Shown: positions 52,378 to 62,520, counted from the first letter of the stretch. The stretch: 64,000 nt of DNA from an uncultured Gammaproteobacteria bacterium (GCA_964531275.1 CAZHDZ010000002.1:122180-186179), one strand, 5' to 3'. The notes: generated by a model from the letters alone, not told the origin. Numbers and translations are program-made.

Positions 52378-54006
52378 TTATCTTTGTGGCCCAAGAGAAG
52401 CCTCTGTATTAAGGTTCTTTACATATTCCTTCTTTAATTGATAAATGTCTGCAAATGGGTAGCTTCCCACCTTGTCATATCTTGCAAGACCACTATTATC
52501 TTTAAGGAGTTTGAATGTTTGATCATTTAAATCATTGGTTCTCATAATAATCCACCTCGCCCATCTGTCAGGTGAAGAAGTTGCAGCCAACCAGTAATTG
52601 CCAGTACCTTCATGAATAAATTTCTTCATAGGATATCCTGATGAGAAAATTATCGCGTCATGAGATGCCGCAGATATTAATATAAAACCGTCATCCCCTG
52701 CATTATTCTTGAGCCATCCCGAAACCTCAGAAACATTTTTTTGACTTGAACCAACCTGAGCATCATCAATTGTTACTGCATCATGATTAACAAATGTAAA
52801 GAAGGCTACAAATAAAAGAATCCCAATAATAAGAAGCTTCATCTTCTGAGCTCTCCCGATTAGATAACCTATAAATATTGCGATTGATGGCATAAGCATA
52901 AGACCATATCGCACGTTGAACCAAGTATTACCGGATAAACCTTGAATAAAAAGCACAGACTGTCCCATAAAAAGTGCGAGGATATTAAAAACTAGAGGAG
53001 CAAAAAGAGCTAATGCCGCAATTTTATAGGCTGTTTTAATTTTCTTGTCTAAGTAAAAAACAATTGCACCAATTGCTCCAAGTACAAGCACGAGAGCATT
53101 GGAGTTATATGCGAGAGCATACAAATATACCTGAGTAGAAAATATTATATTTTTCTTAGTTTCTAGATTGCCTGCGGCCTCAAGCTGCAACTGCTGTGCG
53201 TAAGCGGAATAAGGACCATAAATGAAGTAAAGTGGATCTTTAAAAATTATAAGATTCCATAAAAGCCACAGCACTACACCTAAAGCACCAACAGTAGCAA
53301 AGAATAGAAATCTTGCCTCGGCCCCCCTAAATCCAATTTTCTTGTACGTATAAATCGTAACGATAATAGTTGAAACGGCAAGCAAGAACCATCCATCATA
53401 ACGAATTAATGTAGAAAGCATAACCCAGAATGAAGCTTTTATTAATGAAAGAAGTTTCTCGCTTTTAAAGAAGTTGAGTAATTCAAAGCAAGCTGCTGTC
53501 ATAGTAGCAAGTAGCAAAAGTTCAGTCATTGCAGTTGATTGCATGTATAACACGTTAATATTTGCTAAAAATACGGCAACCGCGACAACTCTCCCAAGAA
53601 CATTTACATTTAACCTTTTTAGGTAGTAATAAATTAAACCGCCGGTTGCTACAAAAGAAATCATTGATTGCAATGCGCCCGAAAGTCCCGAATGCCACAT
53701 AAAGTCGTTCCAAATCGTTGGAATCATAAGTAAATGAGGCAAAGGAAGCCATACAGATCCTAACTGCGCAAGCCCAGGCTTAAGTCCTTCAACAGCACGA
53801 CGTCCAATATCCAAATGTGATCTGGCATCGTTATAAGAAAGACCTAATCCATTTTGTAAGTAAAAATAAAATGCACCAATAGATATCAAGGAAAGGACCA
53901 GCATGAGAAACACAATCCCGTAGCGATTTACAACATTCTTCCCTTTTGCAATTAACTCACTTGGGACAGTTATAGAAATTGTTGGATCGAAGAATTTCTT
54001 AAGCAT
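52378..54006 (-). CDS. GT-C-like multi-TM membrane protein (paralog of 45212.. and of the N-domain of 36919..)
   Basis: SYNDARSHLDIGRRAVEGLKPGLAQLGSVWLPLPHLLMIPTIWNDFMWHSGLSG, with about 12 TM helices. Confidence 0.5.
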   Translation of the reverse strand: MLKKFFDPTISITVPSELIAKGKNVVNRYGIVFLMLVLSLISIGAFYFYLQNGLGLSYNDARSHLDIGRRAVEGLKPGLAQLGSVWLPLPHLLMIPTIWNDFMWHSGLSGALQSMISFVATGGLIYYYLKRLNVNVLGRVVAVAVFLANINVLYMQSTAMTELLLLATMTAACFELLNFFKSEKLLSLIKASFWVMLSTLIRYDGWFLLAVSTIIVTIYTYKKIGFRGAEARFLFFATVGALGVVLWLLWNLIIFKDPLYFIYGPYSAYAQQLQLEAAGNLETKKNIIFSTQVYLYALAYNSNALVLVLGAIGAIVFYLDKKIKTAYKIAALALFAPLVFNILALFMGQSVLFIQGLSGNTWFNVRYGLMLMPSIAIFIGYLIGRAQKMKLLIIGILLFVAFFTFVNHDAVTIDDAQVGSSQKNVSEVSGWLKNNAGDDGFILISAASHDAIIFSSGYPMKKFIHEGTGNYWLAATSSPDRWARWIIMRTNDLNDQTFKLLKDNSGLARYDKVGSYPFADIYQLKKEYVKNLNTEASLGPQR

Positions 54007-55540
54007 GTACCCTCCTTGCTTTAAATGTAAATATAAATATCAGAACTAAAATAGGTGCAGTAAGTAAGGCATAGAAGAGTGTTGGACTTATAAAGTTTTT
54101 TAAAAGGGAGTTGTAGACAAAAGATTTTGAATTACCTGAAAGCACAAAATTTAAATTGCGGTCTATTGAGTACCTCTGAACTTTACCTGTTTGCTTTTCT
54201 AATGCCAAGACCTGAACCTTTGGAGGGTTTGCACTTGAGCTAATTGCTCCCAACGCATTAACAGAAATAGAATAAGAAGCCATAACCAAAAATAAAATTA
54301 AAAAACTTTTTTTCTTAACATACTCAGTAATTGCTTGAGCAAGCAAAATTGAGAGGATAGCATATGCAGGTATTAGATAACGAGAACCAAATGCCCATCC
54401 TCCCCATGGATCTCCCCATAGCGAATAAAGAACTACATTCATAACAGCAATAGAAACAAGGAGATTCACTTCTTTTTGTCTTTTCTTCCAGACTGCAAAT
54501 ATACCCAAAATCCCAAGAAGCATAATTGGCGTAAAATAAACGATTCCACGATCAGGACTTAAGAAGTGTATATAAAATCCATTGAGAAGATTTCTTGTTC
54601 TAAAGAATCCTGTTGCCGTCTTGTCTTGATTCCGATCTCCTGCAACTATTTCCTGCACAGGCTGATCTACTACAAGATTTGAAGTCGTTGGCTTTCCAGC
54701 AGCATTAATAGCAGCAACAGAATCAATCGTTCCAGATAACTGCAACGGCTTATTATATGAACCCAGACTGAACCACACATAAAATGCCAGTGGAATAAGA
54801 ACTACTAACGGGGTGAGTATTGAAAGTAGATGTAAAGAGATAGTAAATCCCTTTTTCTCCATTTTTCCCCAAATTATTCTTCCTGTTGCCCAGAGAGCAA
54901 TAGGCAACATGAGAACTAAATTAGGATAATCAACAGGTACGGAAACGGCTAATAAAAACCACACCCCAGCTAAGCTAGCAAAATTCTTCCATCTCAGCAA
55001 TAAATAAACAGACAAGAGAATTAAGAAAAGAGAAATGTGATGCTGATATAAAGTTACTGCATAAGTAAATGCAGGTGTTGCAAAAAGAAATAGTGCGCTC
55101 GCGGCCAAGGAGGCGTAGATGTTAGCGCCAAGAATTCTCGCTATTTTTACTATTAAGAATGCGTTAATAAGAGCAAATAACGCAATTATTGCGACCGTCC
55201 CAACCTGGGCGATGCCCAAAACCCTACCTAATAAGTAGCCTGGCATTGCAATAAAAGAAACCCCAGGGGCAAAAAGGGAAACATAATTTCCATTTGTGTA
55301 ACCTAAATCGGGAGTTGCAAACTTAGCAACAGGAAGACGGAATATAAGAGAATTGTCCTCAATGTATGAATATAACAACGCAAATCTTCCTCTCTCTGGA
55401 GAAAGCTCGAAAGGGCCAAATTCTTTCCATTTTGGTGTGTTAAGATCATTGGATGTAGGATTACCTGATATTCCCCTAAGAGAAACCAGAAGTACTAAGG
55501 CAAAGAGAATAAACGTACTGATAAAAATTAATTTACGCAT
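53999..55540 (-). CDS. GT-C family (ArnT/PMT-like) membrane glycosyltransferase, paralog of 35505..36932
   Basis: ERGRFALLYSYIEDNSL...TNGNYVSLFAPGVSFIAMPGY parallels ERGRYALTRAIVEDKSF...KNGHYYSRFPAGMSFLMAPAH. Confidence 0.5.
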   Translation of the reverse strand: MRKLIFISTFILFALVLLVSLRGISGNPTSNDLNTPKWKEFGPFELSPERGRFALLYSYIEDNSLIFRLPVAKFATPDLGYTNGNYVSLFAPGVSFIAMPGYLLGRVLGIAQVGTVAIIALFALINAFLIVKIARILGANIYASLAASALFLFATPAFTYAVTLYQHHISLFLILLSVYLLLRWKNFASLAGVWFLLAVSVPVDYPNLVLMLPIALWATGRIIWGKMEKKGFTISLHLLSILTPLVVLIPLAFYVWFSLGSYNKPLQLSGTIDSVAAINAAGKPTTSNLVVDQPVQEIVAGDRNQDKTATGFFRTRNLLNGFYIHFLSPDRGIVYFTPIMLLGILGIFAVWKKRQKEVNLLVSIAVMNVVLYSLWGDPWGGWAFGSRYLIPAYAILSILLAQAITEYVKKKSFLILFLVMASYSISVNALGAISSSANPPKVQVLALEKQTGKVQRYSIDRNLNFVLSGNSKSFVYNSLLKNFISPTLFYALLTAPILVLIFIFTFKARRVHA

Positions 55541-55541
55541 A

Positions 55542-56579
55542 TTATTTTTTTAAAGAAACCAGCTTTCTGTAATTGCTATAAAACAGCCTATTGCTAACTA
55601 ATTTTTTTCTCAATTTGGATAGATTGACAAGCAAAATTCTTGCAGCAAGATTATTGGTGTAGTAAATATCATATTGCATTTTTGAGATGCTAGTAAAGCT
55701 TCTTTTTAACATGTCGTCTCCTCTACTAAAATCGAAAAGTTCCATTCCTTCTTTGTGCAGACCCTCAAATAACGAATATGCAAGAATTTTCCCTGGTGTT
55801 AGGAAAGCATAAGAATTGTTAAAAGATTTATTTATACCATGGTATATTTTTCCCGATCTTACTCCTATTTCGTATGCAATTGGCTTTTTTTTGTAATAAA
55901 GAACATTCATCCCAATATTGTCTCTCCCATTTTTTACTAAGCTGGCAAAAAACGCCCTATTCAGCGGATTATTAAATGTTCCTATGTTCTTTTTTTGTCT
56001 ATAGCTAATTCTGTCTATCTTCATGGCAATTTTTAGAGACTGAACGCTACCTCTATTCATCTCGAATGAAATATCACGTCCGTATTCTTCATAAACTTTC
56101 TTAATTTTTCTCATGTTCTTACTTTTAACAAATCTGAAAGGATTATTTTCAAAGGGCAGTTGGAGATTTACGCCAGTCTCGAGTTTTTCAATGCCTCGCT
56201 GTGAAAATAAACTAGCTAGATCTTCTGGGACCTCAGTCAGAACAAAAGAGCCTTTAGCCTTCAGGGCATTAAAAAGTGTATTAATAGTCGCCGTCTCATA
56301 TTTATCGATAAGAAGTGCACTTCTATCAACAAAAAGCCCACCAGGGTTTGTATAGAAAGAAATACCAAACTTCTTTACCAAAACAAGAGGCAATAAGGCT
56401 TTTAGCTTGTTTTTATGTCGTATGCAGATTATTACGGGTTTTAAATCAGGATATACTTCACTACATATCTGAAACCACACATATGAATTGAAGAAATGAG
56501 CACATACTGAGCTATCCCACAGGGATTTCCATTCTTCTATTAAGCTTTCGTTTATAAATTCAATATATTCGATTTTCAT
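55542..56579 (-). CDS. FemAB/CelD-like GNAT-fold acyltransferase (Acetyltransf_6-like)
   Basis: 345-aa soluble protein with a N...W...F...Y...W N-terminal pattern and a C-terminal GNAT-like core. Weak assignment. Confidence 0.35.
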   Translation of the reverse strand: MKIEYIEFINESLIEEWKSLWDSSVCAHFFNSYVWFQICSEVYPDLKPVIICIRHKNKLKALLPLVLVKKFGISFYTNPGGLFVDRSALLIDKYETATINTLFNALKAKGSFVLTEVPEDLASLFSQRGIEKLETGVNLQLPFENNPFRFVKSKNMRKIKKVYEEYGRDISFEMNRGSVQSLKIAMKIDRISYRQKKNIGTFNNPLNRAFFASLVKNGRDNIGMNVLYYKKKPIAYEIGVRSGKIYHGINKSFNNSYAFLTPGKILAYSLFEGLHKEGMELFDFSRGDDMLKRSFTSISKMQYDIYYTNNLAARILLVNLSKLRKKLVSNRLFYSNYRKLVSLKK

Positions 56580-57331
56580 TATAGATTTGTAAAAAACACT
56601 TCATTCTTCTTCGGCATTTTTCCGGAAGGAAAGAGCAGATCAAATTGCGTTTTGTAGAGCTTTACAAGCTTTTCTTTTGCATCCCAATCTGTCTTGAATA
56701 CATATCTCTTGCCTTTTGCTGCGCGTTCAATATCAATCATGTTGTAGGGAAAATCTGACCAATAGATGACGTTATGAAAATCCTCAGAGGACTTAAATGT
56801 AAGAGTATGATCGACATGCCCACCTACAGCCAAAGGAGCAAATACATATGCATTCTTTTCAATGAAAGAGAGTTTATTTTTTATCAGGTCAACAGTTTTT
56901 ACATCTTGTTTTGCTATCTTTTTACCGATAATGTTCAATCTATATATCGGGTACATAACTGAAAATTCTGTTAGAAAAGTACTTAAGAATTTTTCTAGAA
57001 AATTTTGAGAGTACTTCTTTCTCCATAATGCCTCTGAAAATCCCAAATTCACTACATTTACTCCCATTCTTTTCATGACAATACTGTCTTCTACTACTCT
57101 TTCTTTGTAATACGAGTTTGCTGAGCTAAAACCCGCTCTTTGAGTAGATTTCTGGGCTGACAATGTACTCTTTCTCCCTGCTTTTGTAAAGATATTTATA
57201 ACCGTTACATTTGTTCTTTTTGTAAGTCTACTCATGAGTCCACCAGCTGAAAGCACCGCGTCATCTAAGTGTGGTGACAAAAAATAACAGTTAATCTTTT
57301 CTTTTTCAATTTTTTTAATAAGATTTTCCAT
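56579..57331 (-). CDS. PIG-L / LmbE family N-acetylglucosaminyl deacetylase
   Basis: YFLSPHLDDAVLSAGGLM matches the PIG-L motif SPHPDDExLGxGG; there is a downstream HxDH-type region (GGHVDH). Confidence 0.7.
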   Translation of the reverse strand: MENLIKKIEKEKINCYFLSPHLDDAVLSAGGLMSRLTKRTNVTVINIFTKAGRKSTLSAQKSTQRAGFSSANSYYKERVVEDSIVMKRMGVNVVNLGFSEALWRKKYSQNFLEKFLSTFLTEFSVMYPIYRLNIIGKKIAKQDVKTVDLIKNKLSFIEKNAYVFAPLAVGGHVDHTLTFKSSEDFHNVIYWSDFPYNMIDIERAAKGKRYVFKTDWDAKEKLVKLYKTQFDLLFPSGKMPKKNEVFFTNL

Positions 57332-57332
57332 A

Positions 57333-58406
57333 TTAGATTGATACTGCTTTAATGTATTCCCTACCTACGTATTCCCAATTAAATTTGTTAGCGTATTTTT
57401 TCCCTTTTTTAGCAATAGCGTCATGTGTTTTATGGTTTTTAGCTACTTCTCCTATTGCATGCGAAAGTTTTTCCGTGTCAAAAGGTCTGATTTTTATGCT
57501 TAATCCATTTGGTATCCATTTAAGACCAGGAATGTTAAATGAAATTAATGGAACTCCGGCACTTAAACTTTCTAGACAAACCATAGAAAATGTTTCGAAC
57601 CTTGAAGGAACTACAACGCAAATAGCACTAGATAATAATTTTTGTTTTTGAATTGAATTAACTTTACCTTTTAAGATCACTTTCGAATCAAGTTTAAGAC
57701 GTGTAATGTACTTCTTTAAGATGGTTAATTGCTTTGCTTCTCCACTCCCGGCCAAAACAAGTTTTTGTGGGATATTTGCTTTTTTATACGATTCCAGCAG
57801 AAGGTCCAACCCTTTCTGATTAACCTCTAACCTTCCAATAAAGAGTATGTATCTCTTGGGAGAAGCGAACGTCTGGATTTTCTCTATGCCGTTTGGGATA
57901 ACGACTATGCTTGCTTTTTTATTTTGTAGCTTAACTTCGTTTTTTATTTGGTTTTGGGTAACTATGAACTTATTGTATTTTTTCAGGCCAAAATTCTCTA
58001 CTAAATCAAAAGGCAGCTTATACTTTCTTTTCATGTCGGAAGCACTAAGCATATGAACAAGTCCAATAACTGGTTTTTTGGTAAACAAAGGCAAAAATGA
58101 AGTTGAGAATGGAGGAGTAAAGTTCTCTACCCATACATCAAAATTATTCTTTCTGACGATACTCGGCAATAATAGTTGGTACACGATTTGTCCTAGCTTA
58201 GGGCCTCCAAAAGCAATACCAATCCTTCTATACGCAACACCTTCAACTTTTTCGTTTTTTGCCCCAAAATACCTGCCTGTTATTACTTCTACATCAAATT
58301 TTCGGGAAAGTTCTTTAGCACTTTTGTGAACAGCATAAGCACCACCACCGGCATAATGCGGGTTTTTTATATCGTCATAAGTAGAAATTATTATTTTTTT
58401 TGTCAT
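57333..58406 (-). CDS. family 4 glycosyltransferase (GT-B)
   Basis: FIGRLEVNQKGLDLL...LVLAGSG...VVPSRFETFSMVCLESLSAGVPLISFNIPG (EX7E motif). Confidence 0.75.
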   Translation of the reverse strand: MTKKIIISTYDDIKNPHYAGGGAYAVHKSAKELSRKFDVEVITGRYFGAKNEKVEGVAYRRIGIAFGGPKLGQIVYQLLLPSIVRKNNFDVWVENFTPPFSTSFLPLFTKKPVIGLVHMLSASDMKRKYKLPFDLVENFGLKKYNKFIVTQNQIKNEVKLQNKKASIVVIPNGIEKIQTFASPKRYILFIGRLEVNQKGLDLLLESYKKANIPQKLVLAGSGEAKQLTILKKYITRLKLDSKVILKGKVNSIQKQKLLSSAICVVVPSRFETFSMVCLESLSAGVPLISFNIPGLKWIPNGLSIKIRPFDTEKLSHAIGEVAKNHKTHDAIAKKGKKYANKFNWEYVGREYIKAVSI

Positions 58407-58407
58407 G

Positions 58408-59667
58408 TTAAAAAAAGAGTGATGAAATTCTATTAGCTATATAGCCTGCTTTTTTAAGAGAAAACATAGGAGTTCTTTTTTCGTGCTCTTGAAATAGAAT
58501 GTGCCCAAATGAACGTGAGCTTTCTTCCCAACTGAATTGTTTTGCCCACTTATATGCTTCTTTTGAAGCCAAGTCTCGAAGCCTCTGATTAACTATTAAT
58601 TTTTTAATGCTTCTTGAAAAAGCCTTGGTATCTTTAAGCTTGACTAATATTCCAGTTTTGCCATCAACTATTGAATCTCTCAAGCCTTTAGTGTCTGAAG
58701 CAATCACCGGAGTTCTGCAAGAATTTGCCTCAATTACTGTGATCCCCCATCCTTCCACGGTTGATGGCTGAACAGCAAACCAACTCTGAGAAAGAAGTCG
58801 TATTTTTTCTTCTTCACTTACCTTCCCCAAAAACAAAATTTTATCTTCTAACCCTAGCTTTACAACTAAATCCCTGAGACTTCCCAAAGTATCTCCTTCT
58901 CCGACAATATAGAATCGAGCATTGGCAAATCTTTTGGCCACTGTTGCAAATGCACGAATTGCAACATCAACATTTTTGTAAGCCTTTAGCCTGCCAAGAT
59001 AAATCATCGAAGGAAAATCAGTTTTTTTGAATTTCTTGGTCGGCATTTCTATTCCTGGATTGACAATCTGAACTCTTTCCTCAGATGCGATTCCTGCTTT
59101 TACTATTTCACGTCGTGAGGATTCTGATACGGTTATTACTTGGTGATTCTTATAGACAAGAGGCATAACCTTGCCTTCAATAAAACGTCCTATATGTGAC
59201 ATTGGAAATTTCATTTGCTCAATGAAAATCTCCTGATGCACATGATGAACTAATAATATTACGGGCTTTCTTGTAAAAAGAGGAGTAAAAAATGGAATAC
59301 CATTTTCTGAGTCAATTATTACATCGTATTTATTTCTAAACTTAAAAATTGTATAAAGTATTGCCCAAAGATATACCGTAAAGAATCCACCGCGTCTTAT
59401 TATGTTAACCATTCCTATAGTCTCGTTTCGACTACTTTGACCGTCATTTCCACAGAATAGTGTTACTGAATTTCCTTCTTGGGCCCATCTTTTAGATAAC
59501 TCTTGAATATAGACCTCTGCTCCACCTGACCATGCGTGCTTAGTATCTCTCCAATTAAAGACTAGGACTCTAAGACCCTTGCCTTTTACTTTTTTACCCG
59601 GTATGAATAGCCCACCCAAGTCTCTAAGGTTTGAAAGGACAATTAATGATTTATCTAAGATACTCAT
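58408..59667 (-). CDS. family 4 glycosyltransferase (GT-B)
   Basis: YLGRLKAYKNVDVAIRAF...YIVGEG...VQPSTVEGWGITVIEANSCRTPVIASDTKGL. Confidence 0.75.
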   Translation of the reverse strand: MSILDKSLIVLSNLRDLGGLFIPGKKVKGKGLRVLVFNWRDTKHAWSGGAEVYIQELSKRWAQEGNSVTLFCGNDGQSSRNETIGMVNIIRRGGFFTVYLWAILYTIFKFRNKYDVIIDSENGIPFFTPLFTRKPVILLVHHVHQEIFIEQMKFPMSHIGRFIEGKVMPLVYKNHQVITVSESSRREIVKAGIASEERVQIVNPGIEMPTKKFKKTDFPSMIYLGRLKAYKNVDVAIRAFATVAKRFANARFYIVGEGDTLGSLRDLVVKLGLEDKILFLGKVSEEEKIRLLSQSWFAVQPSTVEGWGITVIEANSCRTPVIASDTKGLRDSIVDGKTGILVKLKDTKAFSRSIKKLIVNQRLRDLASKEAYKWAKQFSWEESSRSFGHILFQEHEKRTPMFSLKKAGYIANRISSLFF

Positions 59668-59669
59668 AA

Positions 59670-62114
59670 TTAAAATATTGATGACGCGTACTTCAAAGGC
59701 GTGACAATTGCTTTTTTGAAAGCAAGAACACCGAAGCTGATAATCTTTCTCTCAGCAATACCAATAACAATAAGAGTTCCAGCAAATAGTGCTAAAGTTT
59801 TTCTCTCAAAAGACCCAAGGAGGACGATGGGCCCAAGAATTCCACGAGTTACAGAAACTTTGGGGAACTTAAAGTCTGGCTTAGGAAGTCGAAGTCCAGG
59901 TTGAGGCACAACGACCGGAACAACTTCAGCTGCTCTTTCCTGTTCTTGTTTTTTCTTAAGAAGATGAAGACCGTGAACAGTTTTCTCCCAATAGAATGGT
60001 TTGAAAATCAATTGGTATAAAGCCATGAATCCAGCAACAGAAATCATGAGCCAATAAAAGGGTATTAAGAACGTGTATTTTATAAGTGGGTAATGCTCTC
60101 TTTTCATTACTCCAATCATGTAGTAGTACATAAATAGGAAATTTCCGAATATGAGAGAGAAGGCTGCCATGTAAAAAACAATGGCAGGGTAAAGTTTTTC
60201 TATTGTGGGTCCAACGTAAATATAAAGCGTAAAGTATGCAATTGTTGCAAGCCAAAGCAAGGGGTTAATCAGAATAAACGCAATCTTACCCCCAATGATC
60301 AGGTGAAATATAGGAAAATGATGTCCGCGTGTTTTTGCAAAGGCAAGACTATTTCTCGTATGCACAAGATACGTCTGCATGTAGCCTTTAATCCAACGTG
60401 ATCTTTGCCTTATCCAATTTCCCCACTTACTGTTAGCCTCCTCAAGGGTCAGAGAATCAATAATCGCCGTCTTATAACCACCTTTAAATAAACGCATACC
60501 TAAATCGGCATCTTCAGTTACGTTGAACGGATCCCACCCTTGCAACATATGCAGATCCTCAGTTCTAAAGTGATTTGAGGTCCCTCCTAGTGGAATGCTT
60601 GTATTAATTGATTGAAGTCCCGTTAGTGTAATGTCAAACCATAGCGAATACTCAGCTGTAAAGAACCTTGTAAGTAGGTTTTGTGAGGGGTTGTAGTAAT
60701 TTAGTTTTGCCTGCAAGCAAACGACATCTCGCCCGGCTTTTTGAAATGCTGCATAAGCTTTTTTCAACTGCATTGGTTCTGGCTTATCCTCGGCATCAAA
60801 AATGACTAGGTATTCACCCCTAGCAAAAGAGAGCCCATAATTACATGCCTTTGGCTTAGTCTTTGGTTGAGAATTAGGAACAACTACAACCCGTACATAT
60901 GATGGTAGCTTCATCTGCCTTGCAGCAAGTATTGATTCTTTATCGTCTTCTTCAAGAAGCAGCATGACGTCCAATTTCCTTTTTGGCCATGATAACTGAG
61001 ATATATTCTCTACAAATTGGGGAATAATATGAGCTTCTTTGTAAAGAGGGCACAAAATTGTATATATGGGTAGATGCTTGTCTTGCAATACTGAAAGCTC
61101 TCTTGGTGTGAAAGAAATTTCCTGAGGAAAATGGAGACTTTTAAGTACTACAAATAGATTAAATACTGTGTCAGAGAAGTAAATAAAGCTTAATATGGCA
61201 ACAATAAACGAAAGAGTTGCAACCGGACTCAAAACCACTCCCATAATAGCAAGCTCAATAAGAAGTGCTATCGTAAATTTTTGACCTGAAGTAAATGTAA
61301 TGATAGATGATTTGCTGTGATGCAGTGTCGTGTGAGTAACGTATTTTTTTCTCTTATATCGGATTCCTGCACCACGCATTGTATTTGTCTTTTCAGAAGG
61401 AACGATACGAGGAGATAACTTGGCCAATTTGAGATTTAGCGCAGAAGAACCAATCTCATATACAGTTCTAATTATTCCGATTTTAGATTCTCCCTTTTTT
61501 CTCTTTGAAAAAGTTATGTCGTGATTTGTAATCGAGAACCCCGCTTCGCGTGCACTATGCAAAAAAGCTAGATCAAAAGTCCAAGCAGAAGATGGCTTGA
61601 AATATATTGTAGATATTACTTCTTTTTTAAATACTTTAAGCCCTGATTGTATATCATGGTCAAGGCCAAACAAGAACTTTCCAAATCCAAATCTAAAACC
61701 ACGACTAAGAGTTCTTCGAAGAACATTGTCTTTGTACCTTCTTCTATTGGAACAAACAATATCTACATCCTTTAGCTTAAGAGCCATTTTTGCGATTTCT
61801 TCGGGAGGATATTGAAGATCAGCATCGATGAGGGCCAAATTAGAATATTTAGCTTCGGAAAAGCCCTCAAATAACGAATAAGCCTTTCCTTGCTTTCCCT
61901 TTTTGAGCAAATGCCTTACAGGATAATTTTCTGTAAGTTTTTTTACTATTCTTGCGGTTCCGTCTTTTGATCTATCATCTATTATTAGAATTTCAAATTT
62001 AAATTTACCCTTCTCTAAAGAAGCTGATAGTCTTTCTATTAATTCCCTAACAGAACCTTGCTCGTTGTAAGCCGGAACAATTATTGATATCTCTTTTTTA
62101 AATATGTTTTTCAT
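59670..62114 (-). CDS. bifunctional glycosyltransferase: N-terminal DPM1/ArnC-like GT2 domain, TM region, C-terminal processive BcsA/NodC-like GT2 domain (paralog 3)
   Basis: The N-terminus has ISIIVPAYNEQGSVRELIERL...ILIIDDRSKDGT...LIDADLQYPPEEI. The C-terminal half has YTILCPLYKEAHIIPQF, VIFDAEDKPEPMQL, TEDADLGMR and QRSRWIKGY. Confidence 0.8.
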   Translation of the reverse strand: MKNIFKKEISIIVPAYNEQGSVRELIERLSASLEKGKFKFEILIIDDRSKDGTARIVKKLTENYPVRHLLKKGKQGKAYSLFEGFSEAKYSNLALIDADLQYPPEEIAKMALKLKDVDIVCSNRRRYKDNVLRRTLSRGFRFGFGKFLFGLDHDIQSGLKVFKKEVISTIYFKPSSAWTFDLAFLHSAREAGFSITNHDITFSKRKKGESKIGIIRTVYEIGSSALNLKLAKLSPRIVPSEKTNTMRGAGIRYKRKKYVTHTTLHHSKSSIITFTSGQKFTIALLIELAIMGVVLSPVATLSFIVAILSFIYFSDTVFNLFVVLKSLHFPQEISFTPRELSVLQDKHLPIYTILCPLYKEAHIIPQFVENISQLSWPKRKLDVMLLLEEDDKESILAARQMKLPSYVRVVVVPNSQPKTKPKACNYGLSFARGEYLVIFDAEDKPEPMQLKKAYAAFQKAGRDVVCLQAKLNYYNPSQNLLTRFFTAEYSLWFDITLTGLQSINTSIPLGGTSNHFRTEDLHMLQGWDPFNVTEDADLGMRLFKGGYKTAIIDSLTLEEANSKWGNWIRQRSRWIKGYMQTYLVHTRNSLAFAKTRGHHFPIFHLIIGGKIAFILINPLLWLATIAYFTLYIYVGPTIEKLYPAIVFYMAAFSLIFGNFLFMYYYMIGVMKREHYPLIKYTFLIPFYWLMISVAGFMALYQLIFKPFYWEKTVHGLHLLKKKQEQERAAEVVPVVVPQPGLRLPKPDFKFPKVSVTRGILGPIVLLGSFERKTLALFAGTLIVIGIAERKIISFGVLAFKKAIVTPLKYASSIF

Positions 62115-62115
62115 G

Positions 62116-62307
62116 CTATTTAGAACCTACTTTGTGGTACTCAATAAATTTATTAAGTGATTGATTAGACACACGATAATGTCCCCCGAATTCCACAGCT
62201 TCGAGAGATCCTTCTTTTATGTATTTGTAAATCGTGAGAGCAGACAAACGAAGAAGCAAAGCAACCTCTTGCACAGTATAAAAATCGGCAGATGAAAAAT
62301 ATCCCAT
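62116..62307 (-). CDS. excisionase/MerR-like helix-turn-helix DNA-binding protein, immediately upstream of (and coupled to) the bifunctional GT2
   Basis: FYTVQEVALLLRLSALTIYKYIKEGSLEAVEFGGHYRV. Its stop lies 1 nt before the GT2 ATG. Confidence 0.65.
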   Translation of the reverse strand: MGYFSSADFYTVQEVALLLRLSALTIYKYIKEGSLEAVEFGGHYRVSNQSLNKFIEYHKVGSK

Positions 62308-62520
62308 ATAATTTTACTAGAAGCTGTGAATTATAGCCAAGCTAAGCTATTCTGTCAACTATAGGGTTCTATCTACTGCTTTGAATTATTGTTAAGTTTG
62401 CTTAACTATGCTTTAGACATAAATGCAATGTACTGTGTTGCACAACATAATCGCATGGAGATGTATGAACTTGGTAGGATTTTTGTCACACAAGGAAAAG
62501 AAATGTAATATACTTAATTA

